A stretch of DNA of 64,000 nt from an uncultured Verrucomicrobiae bacterium. Lineage in GTDB: Bacteria > Verrucomicrobiota > Verrucomicrobiia > Chthoniobacterales > Terrimicrobiaceae. Where the stretch lies: the NCBI GenBank assembly GCA_963784465.1, contig CAWASQ010000093.1, forward strand, positions 4,411 to 68,410, read 5' to 3'. A program made the position numbers and the translations under genes. This document shows positions 31,761 to 43,290 of the stretch, one piece after another; the stretch's first letter is position 1, and every line of letters starts with the position of its first letter. The notes under the pieces were generated by a model, which saw only the letters and a list, made by a program, of their open reading frames with translations, was not told the DNA's origin and made no database searches.

Positions 31761-32605
31761 TGTTTCCTGCCCCGATAGAGAGATCTTCGCCGCCCAAACG
31801 GTATCTTTACTATGCGGCAGTGGTCGTCGCGCTGGTGGCATGGCTCCTGCCGCTTCTGGCCGTTTTGTTGACCTCTATTCGATCCGCCGAGGAGTTGAAT
31901 ATGGGAAACTATTGGGGCTGGCCCAAGGAGTGGAAATTTTCAAATTACATCGAGATCTTCCAGGCGACGCCATTGGCGCGCTATCTATTCAACTCGGTGG
32001 TGATCACGCTTCCCGCTGTTTTCTGTGCGATTGCGCTGGCCACTCTCGGCGGGTATGCGTTGGCCAAATTCAAGTTCCGCGGAAATCTGCTCATGTTTTG
32101 TATTTTCGTCGGCGGAAACTTTGTGCCCTTCCAGATCCTCATGGTGCCGGTTCGGAATATGACCTTGCGCTTTGGGCTTCTCGACACTTATTGGGCGCTC
32201 ATCCTGTTCCACCTCGCGTTTCAAACGGGCTTCTGCACCCTGTTCATGCGAAACTTCATCTCCACGCTCCCGAACGCTTTGATCGAGTCGGCTCGCGTCG
32301 AGGGTGTCAACGAGTTCAAAATTTTCTGGCATATTATTCTGCCGCTACTGCGTCCTGCGCTGGCAGCTTTGGCGGTGCTCTTGTTCACCTTCGTTTGGAA
32401 CGACTATTTCTGGGCTTTGGTCCTGGTCCAGAGCGATAGCGTGAAGCCTATAACCACCGGCATCGCATCGCTGCGAGGTCAGTGGTTGGCATCCTGGCAG
32501 CTCATCTCGGCTGGCTCCGTCGTCGCAGCGCTTCCGCCCGTGGCCATGTTCTTCATTTTACAGCGTCAATTTATCGCGGGCCTAACGCTCGGTGCGGTCA
32601 AGTAG
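31760..32605 (+). CDS. carbohydrate ABC transporter permease
   Basis: EAA-like loop IESARVEGVNEFKIFWHIILP. The start overlaps the previous stop. Confidence 0.9.
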   Translation: MFPAPIERSSPPKRYLYYAAVVVALVAWLLPLLAVLLTSIRSAEELNMGNYWGWPKEWKFSNYIEIFQATPLARYLFNSVVITLPAVFCAIALATLGGYALAKFKFRGNLLMFCIFVGGNFVPFQILMVPVRNMTLRFGLLDTYWALILFHLAFQTGFCTLFMRNFISTLPNALIESARVEGVNEFKIFWHIILPLLRPALAALAVLLFTFVWNDYFWALVLVQSDSVKPITTGIASLRGQWLASWQLISAGSVVAALPPVAMFFILQRQFIAGLTLGAVK

Positions 32606-32683
32606 ATTACTGCATTTCCGGCGGTCGTTGCTTGTAGCGCCGTAGTGCGTCAGGCCGGGCATCGGATCATCAACAGTCTAATT

Positions 32684-34766
32684 ATGAAGAAGAGCTACAG
32701 CTACGACTCGTTTCTTTACGGGGTTGTCTATTACCCGGAGCAATGGCCGGAAGCTCGGTGGGACGAGGATCTTTCGCGCATCGCGGCGACCGGCATGAAC
32801 GTGGTCCGGATGGGCGAAGGAGCATGGAGCGTGTGGGAACCCAATGAAGGACGCTACGAGTTCGCGTTGTTTGATCGCGCGCTGGAGATTTGCGGAAGGC
32901 ATGGTTTGAAGGCCATCATGGGCACGCCGACGTATACACCGCCGGCGTGGCTTACCGAAACATATCCGGAAACACTCCGCACGAGCTTCGATGGGACACG
33001 ATTAAGGCACGGTTCTCGCCGCCACTACAACTATACCTCGGGGATTTACCGCGAAAAGTCGCGGGCGATCACCGAGGCACTGGCGAACCATTACAGGGAT
33101 CACTCCTCGGTGATCGGCTGGCAGATCGACAATGAGTTGAACTGCCATTTGGATGTGAGCTTTGCGGAAAGCGACCACGAGGCATTCCGCGCGTGGTGCC
33201 GGGAACGCTACGTGACGCTGGAAGCCTTGAACGATGCATGGGGAACCGCTTTCTGGTCGCAGACCTACAGTGCTTGGGAGCAAGTCTGGTTGCCGCGGCC
33301 TACAGTGACCTACCAGAACCCGAGCCTGCTTCTGGATTTCTATCGATTCACATCGGACATGACGGTCGGGTTTGCTGCGATGCAATACGAGATTATTAAG
33401 CGGATCGCGCCGCACCAGTTTGTCACCCACAACGCCTTTCAGGATATGACAAATGTGGATCTTCAAAGATTTGTCCGGGAGGCCGTCGACTTCGTCTCGT
33501 ACGATTCCTATCCCGAGTTCAAGGTGTGCGATCCTACACTGCCGAGGTCCTTCCGCGACCGGTCGGAGTCTCGTTTGCTTTCGAGGATGCGCGGTGTGTC
33601 GTCGAAGTTTATGGTGTTGGAGCAACAATCCGGGCCAAGCGGTCAAATTGGCGGGATCCTGAACGGTAATCCCGACTACCTTCACCCAACGCCCAGACCC
33701 GGACAGATGCGTCTGTGGTGCTGGAACTCTATTGCAAACGGGGCGGACGGCATTGTGTTCTTTCGTTGGCGTTCGCTCCCTTACGGTTCCGAGGCTCACT
33801 GGAATGGACTAATTTACCACGACGAGCGGAACACGTGGCGACTGGACGAGGCAAGAAGGCTCGGTGAAGAGATCAATCGCTTGGCGGCATCCTTGACCGG
33901 AACGCGATGCGTTTCGCCCGCTGCGATCTTGTACGACTTCGACAACGAGTCGCACGCGAAGATTGAGCGGGCGACCGGGCAGCATCGCGATGCTAGCGAG
34001 CGAGCCAGTCTACCAGGCGCTCGCAGAAAGGCATTTGTCCGCCGACGTCCGTGCCCTGTCGAGCCTTCGGCGGGGCGGAGACCTGAGTGCTCACCAGATT
34101 GTCTTTTTTCCGCACGCACACGTTCTTACAGCCGAGGATATCGTGCCGTTGAGCGAGTACGTCGAGAGCGGGGGAACTCTGGTTTTCGGATGCTGGAGCG
34201 GCTACCGGAATCGCAACCATTGGTGCTACGATGCGCCTGGGAAGGCGTTTCTTGAGAACTTTGTAGGGGCGCGTGTCGAGGATTTTACAGTGGTAATCCC
34301 GGGCGAGGTCTCAACAATCAGGTTTGCGGTTTCGAACGCTCATGTTGAGGCCCCGTTTTTTAACGAGGTTCTTGCGCCGGTGACCAACGATGTCACCGCG
34401 CTGGCCGCCTACACCTCGGACTACTATGCCGACAAACCTGCGGTGAGCCTTCGACACCATGGCCGGGGCAGGGTGGCCTATTTTGGAAGCTTCTTTACGC
34501 CGCAGAACGTCGCCGCTTTACTGGATGCTCTTGCGATCGGAGACCCGCTGGGAGCCTGGGCAGAAATTCCGCCGGAGGTTCAGGTGAACGAGCGGTCAAG
34601 CGAAACCGATCGTCTCTGGTTTCTTCTGAATTTCAGCAACGAAGGAAAGGCGATAACCTTCGGAGAAACGGTCTTCGATCTATTGGAAGGGCGAGAGCTG
34701 GAAGGCCACACGGAGATCGAGCCCTACGGCGTTCGCTTAGTTCGCCGAGGAAAGCCCCAAAGTTGA
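32684..34766 (+). pseudogene. beta-galactosidase, GH42, split by one frameshift near 33980
   Basis: N-terminal part YGVVYYPEQWPEARWDEDL...GTPTYTPPAWL is in ORF 32645-34255. The C-terminal part ...VPLSEYVESGGTLVFGCWSGYRN... is in ORF 33963-34766, a different frame. This could be an assembly indel. Confidence 0.85.
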
Positions 34767-34830
34767 ATCGTGCACAGGAGCACCTGGGAGATGTCAGTTC
34801 TTACACGAGGCCGGCGGCGATTTTGGTTTG

Positions 34831-34857
34831 CACACACACACACACACACACACACAC
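34831..34857. repeat. (CA)13 dinucleotide microsatellite
   Basis: cacacacacacacacacacacacacac read directly, between the convergent GH42 and GH36 gene ends. Confidence 0.95.
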
Positions 34858-34883
34858 GGGAAGTCCGCCGTGGTATAGGGAAA

Positions 34884-37076
34884 TCAAGGCGCCTTTCGCA
34901 GGTGCCACACGTGACTTAGGAAGTCGCCGGACGGATAGGGGATGGGCAGTCCGATATTCGTGAGAGCATCGCCGTGGTGAGTGATATCGCCGATTTGGTA
35001 TTGGGCATCCGTGTCGAGTCCTTTCAATCTTAGAGAGCGATCAGCGGCATTCGGCAGAGAAAGAATCGTTACATGAGTGACCAGCGCCTCGTCCCTGGCG
35101 GGCGAAACGACCATCCAAGCCGCCTCGTTCGATTCGAAAGGACTTCGCAGGCGATAGAGGTCGCCTTCCATAAACAGATGCCGCACTTGTTTGTATAAGG
35201 CCGTCTGGCGCCTGATCTCCGCGCGATCTTCGTTACTGAGTATCGAAACATCCAATTCGTAACCAAATGCGCCAGTAAAGGCGACCTCACCGCGCGTCTT
35301 GAACGGTGTCACGCGGCCCACCTGATGATTTGGCACAACCGAGATGTGCGCCGCGATGGCGCTCCACGGATACACCAGGCTGGTGCCATACTGGATTTTG
35401 AGGCGCGAGATTGCGTCGGTATTGTCGCTCGTCCAGATCTGGGGCATGTAATAAAGAATGCCCGGATCGAACCGCCCACCGCCGCCTGCGCATCCCTCGA
35501 AAAGGATATGAGGAAATTCTCGAGTCAGGCTCTCCATGAATTCGTAAAGACCGAGCATGTAGCGATGGGCCGTTTCGCGTTGACGATCAGGCGGCAGCGC
35601 CGCCGAGCCAACCTCAGTCATGTTCCGATTCATGTCCCACTTCACGTAGGTGACCGGCGCTGCTCGCAGGATCGCGGTCATTTGCTTGTAGACATTTTCG
35701 CGCACATCCGCGCGTGAGAAGTCGAGGACCAGTTGACCGCGTCCTTCGCTTAGCGCCCGGCCCGGGAGGTGCAGGCACCAGTCGGGGTGTGCGCGATAAA
35801 GGTCGCTGTCTGCGGAGATCATCTCAGGCTCGAACCACAATCCAAAGCCGAGCCCTTTCGCGTTGATGCGCGCCGCGACATCTTCGAGTCCCTCCGGCAA
35901 CTTCCTTCTGTTCACGAACCAGTCGCCCAGCGAGGAACAATCATCGTCACGGTGTCCGAACCATCCGTCGTCGAGCACAAACAATTCGATCCCCAGGTCC
36001 GCTGCAGCGGTCGCAATCTTTTCCAGCTTTGCCGCGTTGAAATCGAAATAGGTTGCCTCCCAGTTGTTGACCACGATCGGCCGGGGCTTGTCGCGCCATT
36101 CGCCGCGGCAGAGATTGCTTCGATAAAGGCGGTGATAGGCGCGCGACATGCCGCCTAGACCTTCCGTCGAGAATACGAGAATTGCCTCGGGGGTTTGAAA
36201 CTCCAAACCCGGCTCAAGCTTCCAGGAGAAATCGAAAGGACTAATTCCCAGTTGCGACCGGCATCCAAAGTCGGCATCGCACTCGGTCAGTCCGAGAAAG
36301 TTGCCGCTGTAGACCAGGTTGAAACCGTAGACTGCTCCGTGATCTTCATTGGAGTCCAGTTCCGTCAGTGCAAAAAAGGGATTGTGGTGATGGCTGCTTG
36401 CACCGCGGCGGCTTTCGATCAGCTGAGTGCCTGGACGAAGCGGCGTGCAGCGAATCTCGCGCTCCCGCAAATGCGCTCCGAAAAGATGCAGGAAACTCGC
36501 CTCCGTATGGCTCGACGAAAAATCAACCGAGCAGGACAGTGCCCGGTAGAGGATTAGAGGGAATGTTCCGCGGTTCAGAATGCGCGCGGATCGCGCAATC
36601 ACCGGAAGAGAGGTGAAGACTGTGTAAGAAAGCTCTACACGCAAACCGAGCTTGGAGTCCTCCAGAGCGACGATAAGCGTTGCCCCTTCATCATCGCATT
36701 CGACCCAGGTGGCGGGAAGCTCGGCGAGGGCAGGTTTTCCGGCGATGATCTCGTGATCCTTGAAGCGCAAATCTGAAATGCGCGATCCATCCTCGGGCTG
36801 AAAAACCTCAAGCGCCGGCGATCTAAAATCGGTGTTTCCATAAACTGGATACTCCAGAGGTATCGAATCGAGACTGAATTCCCTCCCGGAACCGGCCGGG
36901 TTCGGGCTAAAAGCGCGATCGCGGAGCCGGAGGACAAAGTCCAAATTCTGAGCATCCAGCTTCGGTCCCCAGTAAAGGTGCGTCAGATACCCCTGCGGCA
37001 AGACCTTCATGGCGTAGGTCGTGTCGCCCGCGTGAAGGAAAAAAGTACTAGTCTCGGGGGAGTGCTCGACGGGCAT
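34884..37076 (-). CDS. alpha-galactosidase, GH36
   Basis: 730 aa. NNWEATYFDFN, ELFVLDDGWFG, YVKWDMNRNMTE, EGCAGGGGRFD. Confidence 0.9.
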   Translation of the reverse strand: MPVEHSPETSTFFLHAGDTTYAMKVLPQGYLTHLYWGPKLDAQNLDFVLRLRDRAFSPNPAGSGREFSLDSIPLEYPVYGNTDFRSPALEVFQPEDGSRISDLRFKDHEIIAGKPALAELPATWVECDDEGATLIVALEDSKLGLRVELSYTVFTSLPVIARSARILNRGTFPLILYRALSCSVDFSSSHTEASFLHLFGAHLREREIRCTPLRPGTQLIESRRGASSHHHNPFFALTELDSNEDHGAVYGFNLVYSGNFLGLTECDADFGCRSQLGISPFDFSWKLEPGLEFQTPEAILVFSTEGLGGMSRAYHRLYRSNLCRGEWRDKPRPIVVNNWEATYFDFNAAKLEKIATAAADLGIELFVLDDGWFGHRDDDCSSLGDWFVNRRKLPEGLEDVAARINAKGLGFGLWFEPEMISADSDLYRAHPDWCLHLPGRALSEGRGQLVLDFSRADVRENVYKQMTAILRAAPVTYVKWDMNRNMTEVGSAALPPDRQRETAHRYMLGLYEFMESLTREFPHILFEGCAGGGGRFDPGILYYMPQIWTSDNTDAISRLKIQYGTSLVYPWSAIAAHISVVPNHQVGRVTPFKTRGEVAFTGAFGYELDVSILSNEDRAEIRRQTALYKQVRHLFMEGDLYRLRSPFESNEAAWMVVSPARDEALVTHVTILSLPNAADRSLRLKGLDTDAQYQIGDITHHGDALTNIGLPIPYPSGDFLSHVWHLRKAP

Positions 37077-37351
37077 CGTCCGGTTAAATCAAATCCTTCT
37101 CAAAACGCAACCGCAACGCGGCAATGCAACCCGCAGCCGTCTGAACCGCCCAAGAAACGACGCAGAGTACTCCAACCGATATTAGGAATCACATTTCATG
37201 ATATTTTTTCCAATTGTACGCAAAAGCGAGTGATGGATCGGCATGCCAACTGAGATGACCCGAAGGTGACATACGTGAGATGACCGAAGAGACAGGCGTT
37301 AGGAAGGCGAGCTCCAGCGAGAAAAATCCTGCAATGACCGGGTTGCCCAAC

Positions 37352-38371
37352 TCATTGGCTTGCCGTGATTCCTTTGCGGAGGTTGGCCAGCGGTGCGGTG
37401 TCGTCGAAAACCACGGTTTTTCCCTGTCGCTTGATCCCCAACTGGTGCCAAAGCGATCCGAGATCGACCTTTACCGGCTTTGATCCCATCTCATCGTAGA
37501 GTTCGTGGAGCACGGATACACCGACGGCTTGGTCTGCGACCTCAATCACCCGGTCGATAGTCCAATCGCGATCTATTGAGCCGCCCGCGGCGAGAATTGA
37601 GCGTAAGGCGTGCTCGAGTCCCAAGCGATTGCCCGTGCGCTGGCGAATTGCCACGTCGGCTCGCAGGCAAAAGAGCGCGCCACCCCAGTAAGTTCGGCCC
37701 CAGGTGGGCGTGCGATCCAGGCCTCGGTCGCCAGCTTCCGGTTGCCCTTGGGGTAGGCCATTGACGAGATCGGCCCATGCCTGCTCCGGCGTCAGGATGA
37801 GCGCCCGCGCCCGAGCGATCGGTTCAACGTAAGTCGCCAATCCCTCTTCGAGCCAGTGGTGCGGATCGGGAAGGGAGGGGAGCGCCAAATGGACCATCTC
37901 GTGAGTAAGCTCCCAGTCGTCGCGCAGAGTTGCCTCTGTGGCGTCGCGCCCGAGCGAGATCGTGATGAGCGGACCCCTCCAGCCATAGGCCACGCCATCT
38001 CTTGGTTGAGTTCCACCGCAAGAAGTAATACGGAGTTTGGTCCGCGGGACGGGGAACTTCCCATAATATTTTGAGAGAGCACGGGCAGAATTTTCGGTCC
38101 ATTTCAGGGCCACACTTCGCCAGGTCGCCGACGGAGCGGCGACGAATTCGATGTCTATCAACCCGCCCGGGACTACCAGCTCCTCGGCAGACGCCGAGGC
38201 CAAAAGCGCCAGAAACACGAGCGTTCGGAAGGCGCTGGGCCGGAGTCCTTGCCCGGCAGGAAAGGGGCGCCCTGTAGACCTGAGCGCACGAAGGCCAAGC
38301 GGTCGAATCGAACGAGCCGCGAGTTCTCGAGCGAAAGGGCTGCGTCGAATCCGCATTCGCGTATTTGGCAT
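37352..38371 (-). CDS. secreted gluzincin-type metallopeptidase (HEXXH)
   Basis: Signal-like FRTLVFLALLASASA. THEMVHLALPSLPDPHHWLEEGLATYVE (HEXXH plus downstream Glu, WLxEG as in M1-like enzymes). The start is chosen at an internal Met. Confidence 0.6.
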   Translation of the reverse strand: MPNTRMRIRRSPFARELAARSIRPLGLRALRSTGRPFPAGQGLRPSAFRTLVFLALLASASAEELVVPGGLIDIEFVAAPSATWRSVALKWTENSARALSKYYGKFPVPRTKLRITSCGGTQPRDGVAYGWRGPLITISLGRDATEATLRDDWELTHEMVHLALPSLPDPHHWLEEGLATYVEPIARARALILTPEQAWADLVNGLPQGQPEAGDRGLDRTPTWGRTYWGGALFCLRADVAIRQRTGNRLGLEHALRSILAAGGSIDRDWTIDRVIEVADQAVGVSVLHELYDEMGSKPVKVDLGSLWHQLGIKRQGKTVVFDDTAPLANLRKGITASQ

Positions 38372-39523
38372 CGATTCGACCGTCTCGCAACCCGTCCAAT
38401 GGCGGGAAACTTTTACGTAGGAGTCTTCGAGATCCGTGAGACGCCAGCCGCAGCGTGACGCGGGCATCCCCGTAGATCTCGTAGACGGTAACCTCGCAGC
38501 GAGATTCCTTAGGATCCAGCTCCAATCGGAGCCGAATCACCCGGCCAGCGCGCACCAAAGATGCCAAATGAAAAACGGGATCCTTCGAAAGCGTCCTCTG
38601 AGAAACGCTCTGACCAGACAGGTGCCGTTGAGATAAAACTCGGCAACACGGCTGCGGTTCTGCTCGAATTTCGGCACCCTCTTCGTTTGCAAAAGGTGCC
38701 GGTTCATGAGACGGCTAAATCAATAGCTGTAGCCTGGACTTCCCGCACAGCGCACTACGGTGATGCTTTCCAGGGGAGCTGTAATGATGCGAGTGTCAAA
38801 ACCCTCACTCCTGCGAATGTCCGCCTTGCTGCCGTTGACCGGGGCGACGACCCTCCAGGTTCCCGCGTGGTTGGCGAAAAGGACAAGGTCGTTCTGCTGG
38901 ACCCTGGTGCTCTTCGCCGCAGGAACCTTTCCACCGAGCGCCGTCCTCCGGAGGGTTGAGGACGACGCTGGTGAAGCTCTAATCGTTCGCCAGGATGGCC
39001 ACGGCAGCTGACCGATGTGGAAGCTCCGACCGGTCCCGCGGCAATTCTCTTGCGTCCAAAAGGAGCAGCGAGGGCGAGAATCTTGGCCTCAACTCGGACA
39101 TCGGCTTAAACGCCAACGAACCGGAACCTACGACTATATGAGACTGCTTCACACTTAACCCCCATAACTTCAGGGTTTATCGCCAGGATGAGTGGCAGCA
39201 TTTCTCATGCCCATCGAATGCACGACTCTCAAGCGTGCGGGATGAAAAGCTTAATCTACATATAATCAGATACTTACATGATCATCGATGAGGCCTGTTT
39301 CAGCATGACCACAAGATGACAGAAAAGAATTGTAAGGACCTCCGACAAAGAAAATCCGCCGGAAGATCAATTGTCAAAGGCTCGTTATTCGTAACGCTTT
39401 CTGCGCGAGAAGCTTGACCTCTGCAAGAGACGTTAAGCGCTCATTGTAAACCTTTCCGTCATCGTTACAGGGCGCTCGTAAAGGAACCGAACGAATCCAT
39501 CGATTCCGCTGTATCCCGCCAAC

Positions 39524-39925
39524 TCAGGAGAGCTGCAAATCGTTCAGCGCAAGCTGCACGGACTCGATAACGAAGTCAATAGACCTTGCCTGCCAGCTCC
39601 ACGGCAGGCTGAAATTCATGAAGCCATTGAACTCCTCGGTGATGTTTTCCGTCACCTCGTTACCCGTCCGAACCCTAGTCCTGGCTGTTATCTCACCCGT
39701 CACCGTGAATCTTGCCGACGTGACGACTTCGCCCTGTATCCGCTCTTCATCCTCGTCCGAGAACGTCACCGGGCCCAGAGACACGGCGATCGGTGACACC
39801 TCCGGATCGACCGCGTCCGGGTTCTTGGTCTCAAACGTCCAACTCATGATTTCTGCTTTGATAGATTTCTCGACTTTCTCGATAAATCTGGGATCGGCGT
39901 AGAGATCTTGAAGGGTAAGTGGCAT
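39524..39925 (-). CDS. hypothetical acidic protein (133 aa)
   Basis: Clean ORF with protein-like composition. I recognise no motif. Confidence 0.4.
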   Translation of the reverse strand: MPLTLQDLYADPRFIEKVEKSIKAEIMSWTFETKNPDAVDPEVSPIAVSLGPVTFSDEDEERIQGEVVTSARFTVTGEITARTRVRTGNEVTENITEEFNGFMNFSLPWSWQARSIDFVIESVQLALNDLQLS

Positions 39926-40028
39926 AGAGCGCGAATTATCAAACTGGTGCGGCCTTTTCCAGCTTGAAATCCGAGCCGTCGCTTCCCGAGAAGAAGATCA
40001 TCGCTTTCTGCTAACGGCCGTTTATTCG

Positions 40029-40910
40029 CTAAGTAACAATTTCTGTGCCGATGCCGGAGTTCGTGAAGATCTCCAGCAGCAGGCAATGCTGGGTGTTCCC
40101 GCCGATCATATGGACCTTTTCCACTCCGCTCCTCAAGGCGTGGGAGGCGGATTGGACTTTTGGGATCATGCCTCCATCAATCACCTTGTGCTTGACTCAG
40201 CGCTTCGATTTGCTCGCAATGCACGGTGGGGATCAGGGAATCGCTCGAACTCGGATCGCGCATAATGCCCGGAACGTCGCTGACATAGATCAGCTTGGTC
40301 GCTTGGATGGCTGAGGCCAGCGCGGCTGCCGCGACGTCCGCGTTGATATTCAGGACCATTCCATTCTCATCGGCGCCGATTGGGCTAATAACTGGAACCA
40401 TCTCGTCCTTGATGGCGGAACTAATATTTCTGAACTCGATCGTTGTTGCTTCGCCGACGAATCCGATGTCCACTTGCTCGCCATTCTCCTTGCGCTGCGG
40501 GCCGATCCTCCTGGCGATAAAAACAGATTTTCCGGAGAAGCCGCGCGCCTTCCCGCCAAATTTCACGATCGTGTCAACGATTTTGGGATTGATTTCGCTG
40601 TCGAGGGTTTGTTCGACGATGCCTATCGATTGTTCGTCCGTGACGCGCAGACCGTTGATGAATTGAGGCTTGAGGCCGGCTCTCGCATGCGCGTGGTAAT
40701 GACCTTTCCGCCGCCGTGAACGAGCACGGGATTGATGCCGACTGCTTCAAGGAACACGATATCCTTCAGAAACCGGTCAACGATCTGATCCTCCTCCATC
40801 GCCGCGCCGCCATATTTGACGACGAAGGTTTGCCCGCGAAATCTTTGAATGTAGGGGAGCGCCTCGATGAGGCTCTCAGCTCGCGCTTCCGGAGTCAGGG
40901 GGATTCGCAT
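40029..40910 (-). pseudogene. argB: acetylglutamate kinase with two compensating frameshifts
   Basis: N-terminus [22 protein letters not shown]...LVHGGG (tail of ORF 40623-41237). The middle part is ORF 40177-40566, in another frame. The C-terminus [29 protein letters not shown]...GTEIVT* is back in the first frame. 882 nt in total. Confidence 0.85.
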
Positions 40911-40911
40911 A

Positions 40912-42093
40912 TCATTCGCCGAGGTTGAGCCGAACGTATTCCTCGGTGAGGTCGGTTGTCCATACCGTGTGCGAAAACTCACCGAGGGAAAGATCGATCC
41001 TAACGCAAAGCTCCCTGCTCTCTGCGACGGCTTTGAGTTTCGCCAAGGGTGTGCCCGACATCGCGCCGCGCTCGACGATGGGCAAATCCCCGTACCAAAT
41101 GTCAGTCCTCTCCTCGAGCATCCTCGCCCCGGAATAGCCGAGCGCGTCCATGATTCGGCCCCAATTTGGATCCCCTCCCGCCCACGCGCATTTGACCAAT
41201 GTGGAGTTGGCAACTGCCTCTGCGGCGCGCCGCGCATCCCCCGCGGAGGCGGCGCCCCGGACCTCTACTTCAACGAACCTCGAGGCGCCTTCGCCGTCCT
41301 CCACAATCATTCGGGCCAAAGCTTTCGACGCCCTGTCCAGCGCCTCCTGAAACTGCGCGAGCGGCGGGTTGACGCCGGATTCGCCGTTCGCAAGTAAAAT
41401 GACCGTATCGTTTGTGCTCATGTCGCCATCGATCGTGATGCGATTGAAAGATTTCTCGACAGCGGCGCGCAGGGCGACGCGCAGGGCAGGTTGGGGGACG
41501 GCGGCATCGGTCGTGATGACACAGAGCATGGTGGCCATGTTTGGATTGATCATTCCGGCGCCCTTCGCGATGGCGCCGATGCGGAAAGTGCCTGCCTCAC
41601 TTTCGACACCGAATGCCACTTCCTTCGGAAACGTATCGCTGGTCATGATTGCTTTTGCGCAATTCGAACTTCCGCGCCGTGAAAGCCGAATACTGGCTAG
41701 GCCTGCTCCGATGCGGTCGATAGGCATGGCAACGCCTATTCGACCCGTGGAGCAGACAAGGATCTGCTCCGGGGCCAGCCCAGTTCGTTTTGCGGCCGCG
41801 GCCGCCATGCTGCGCGCGTCGGCGAGCCCTTTCGCGCCCGTGCAGGCGTTAGCGTTTCCGCTATTGAGAATCACGCCGCGAATATTTCCGGATTTGAGAT
41901 GCTCCATGGACACCTGGACGGGAGCCGCCTTGACGAGATTGGTCGTGAATGTCGCCGCGGAGGTGCAGGGCTTCTCCGAGATGAGCAGCGCGACGTCATC
42001 GCGCGCAACTTTCGGATCCTTTATTCCGCACGGAATGCTTCCGCCAAAAAAGCCGGCGGGCGCGCAGACGCCACCGCGAATCTTCTCGATCAT
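40912..42093 (-). CDS. argJ: bifunctional glutamate N-acetyltransferase / amino-acid acetyltransferase
   Basis: 393 aa. [24 protein letters not shown] (autoprocessing Thr region). Confidence 0.93.
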   Translation of the reverse strand: MIEKIRGGVCAPAGFFGGSIPCGIKDPKVARDDVALLISEKPCTSAATFTTNLVKAAPVQVSMEHLKSGNIRGVILNSGNANACTGAKGLADARSMAAAAAKRTGLAPEQILVCSTGRIGVAMPIDRIGAGLASIRLSRRGSSNCAKAIMTSDTFPKEVAFGVESEAGTFRIGAIAKGAGMINPNMATMLCVITTDAAVPQPALRVALRAAVEKSFNRITIDGDMSTNDTVILLANGESGVNPPLAQFQEALDRASKALARMIVEDGEGASRFVEVEVRGAASAGDARRAAEAVANSTLVKCAWAGGDPNWGRIMDALGYSGARMLEERTDIWYGDLPIVERGAMSGTPLAKLKAVAESRELCVRIDLSLGEFSHTVWTTDLTEEYVRLNLGE

Positions 42094-43118
42094 AGAAGTC
42101 CTTCGGCTTCGGGGAAGCCGGCCATCAGATTAAAATTCTGAATGGCCTGACCGGCAGCGCCTTTGACGAGGTTGTCGAGAGCGCTCAGGATGATCAACCG
42201 GCCAGTGCGCGAGTCGTGACACACGGCCATGTCACAAAAGTTCGTGTAGTTCACATTCTTCACGTCGGGCAGGGAATCGGGCAAACGCACGAATGCCTCC
42301 GTCTCATAAGTCGCCTTCCAGCACGCGGCGATCAGGGAGACGTCAACATCCTCCTCCGGGGCGACAAAAACCGTCGTGTGTATGCCCCGATTCATGGGAG
42401 CCAGATGAGGAACGAACGTGATCGTGACCTGGTCATTGGCGGCCCAACTCAGTTCCTGTTCAATCTCGGAGAGATGGCGATGCTTTGGGATGCCATAGGC
42501 GCGGAGACTTTCATGGCATTCGGCGAACAACAGCGATGTCTCCGCCTTGCGCCCGGCGCCACTCACCCCGCTTACGCTGTTCGCGATAATCGTCGAGGCC
42601 TTTATCAAGCCCGCCTTCAGCAGGGGAACGAGCGGTAGCAGGATGCTTGTCGGGTAGCATCCGGCGGAGGCAACCAGCGATGCGCGCGCGATCTCTTCGC
42701 GATGAATTTCGGGGATGCCGAATACGGCTTCCGCAAGAAGGTGCGGCGCGCCATGTTCGTGACCATAGAACTCCCGGAACACAGCCGCGTCATGCAACCG
42801 GAAATCTGCGCTCAAATCCACGACCTTCTTTCCCGCGTCTATAAGCGGGGCGGCGAATTCCGCCGCCAGCCCATGCGGAAGCGCTAGAAAAAAGAACTCG
42901 GCGCCGCTGCCCAGCAGGTTCTCGAGTGTCGACTCGCTGAATTGTAGTTCGCCGATACCAGGCGCGCCCGCGAGCTTCACAAGCACGTCCGCCACACGTT
43001 TGCCAGCGTACTGGCGCGATGTGACGGCCGCGATCTTGACGCGCGGATGACGGGCGAGAATCGCACAGAGCTCTTCCCCGGAGTATCCGTTTGCGCCAAC
43101 AATAGCCACCTTTGTCAT
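42090..43118 (-). CDS. argC: N-acetyl-gamma-glutamyl-phosphate reductase
   Basis: Internal Met MTKVAIVGANGYSGEEL. ASAGCYPTS active-site Cys region. ATGA overlap with argJ. Confidence 0.9.
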   Translation of the reverse strand: MTKVAIVGANGYSGEELCAILARHPRVKIAAVTSRQYAGKRVADVLVKLAGAPGIGELQFSESTLENLLGSGAEFFFLALPHGLAAEFAAPLIDAGKKVVDLSADFRLHDAAVFREFYGHEHGAPHLLAEAVFGIPEIHREEIARASLVASAGCYPTSILLPLVPLLKAGLIKASTIIANSVSGVSGAGRKAETSLLFAECHESLRAYGIPKHRHLSEIEQELSWAANDQVTITFVPHLAPMNRGIHTTVFVAPEEDVDVSLIAACWKATYETEAFVRLPDSLPDVKNVNYTNFCDMAVCHDSRTGRLIILSALDNLVKGAAGQAIQNFNLMAGFPEAEGLL

Positions 43119-43290
43119 CAATCCGAAGCGTATCCATCCGGACCTCTTTTCAAAAGCGGAAATGTCCCGGAACCCGGCGGAGATGGCGATCCCTTGGGTG
43201 AGGGGTTTCTTTTGAGAGGCGAGCCCGGCATCCTTGGGTAGTGCTGAAGACTCGTCGCGCAGATGTGTCAGCCGCCTGGTTTGGGTACTA

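Noticed and set aside
38470-39010. Possible decayed minus-strand gene (…QQNDLVLFANHAGTWRVVAPVNGSKADIRRSEGFDTRIITAPLESITVVRCAGSPGYSY*)
   Set aside because: The stretch is protein-like, but it has no start codon, an upstream piece in another frame and no motif I recognise. The listed plus-strand ORF 38561-38959 is no more convincing. I left it unannotated.
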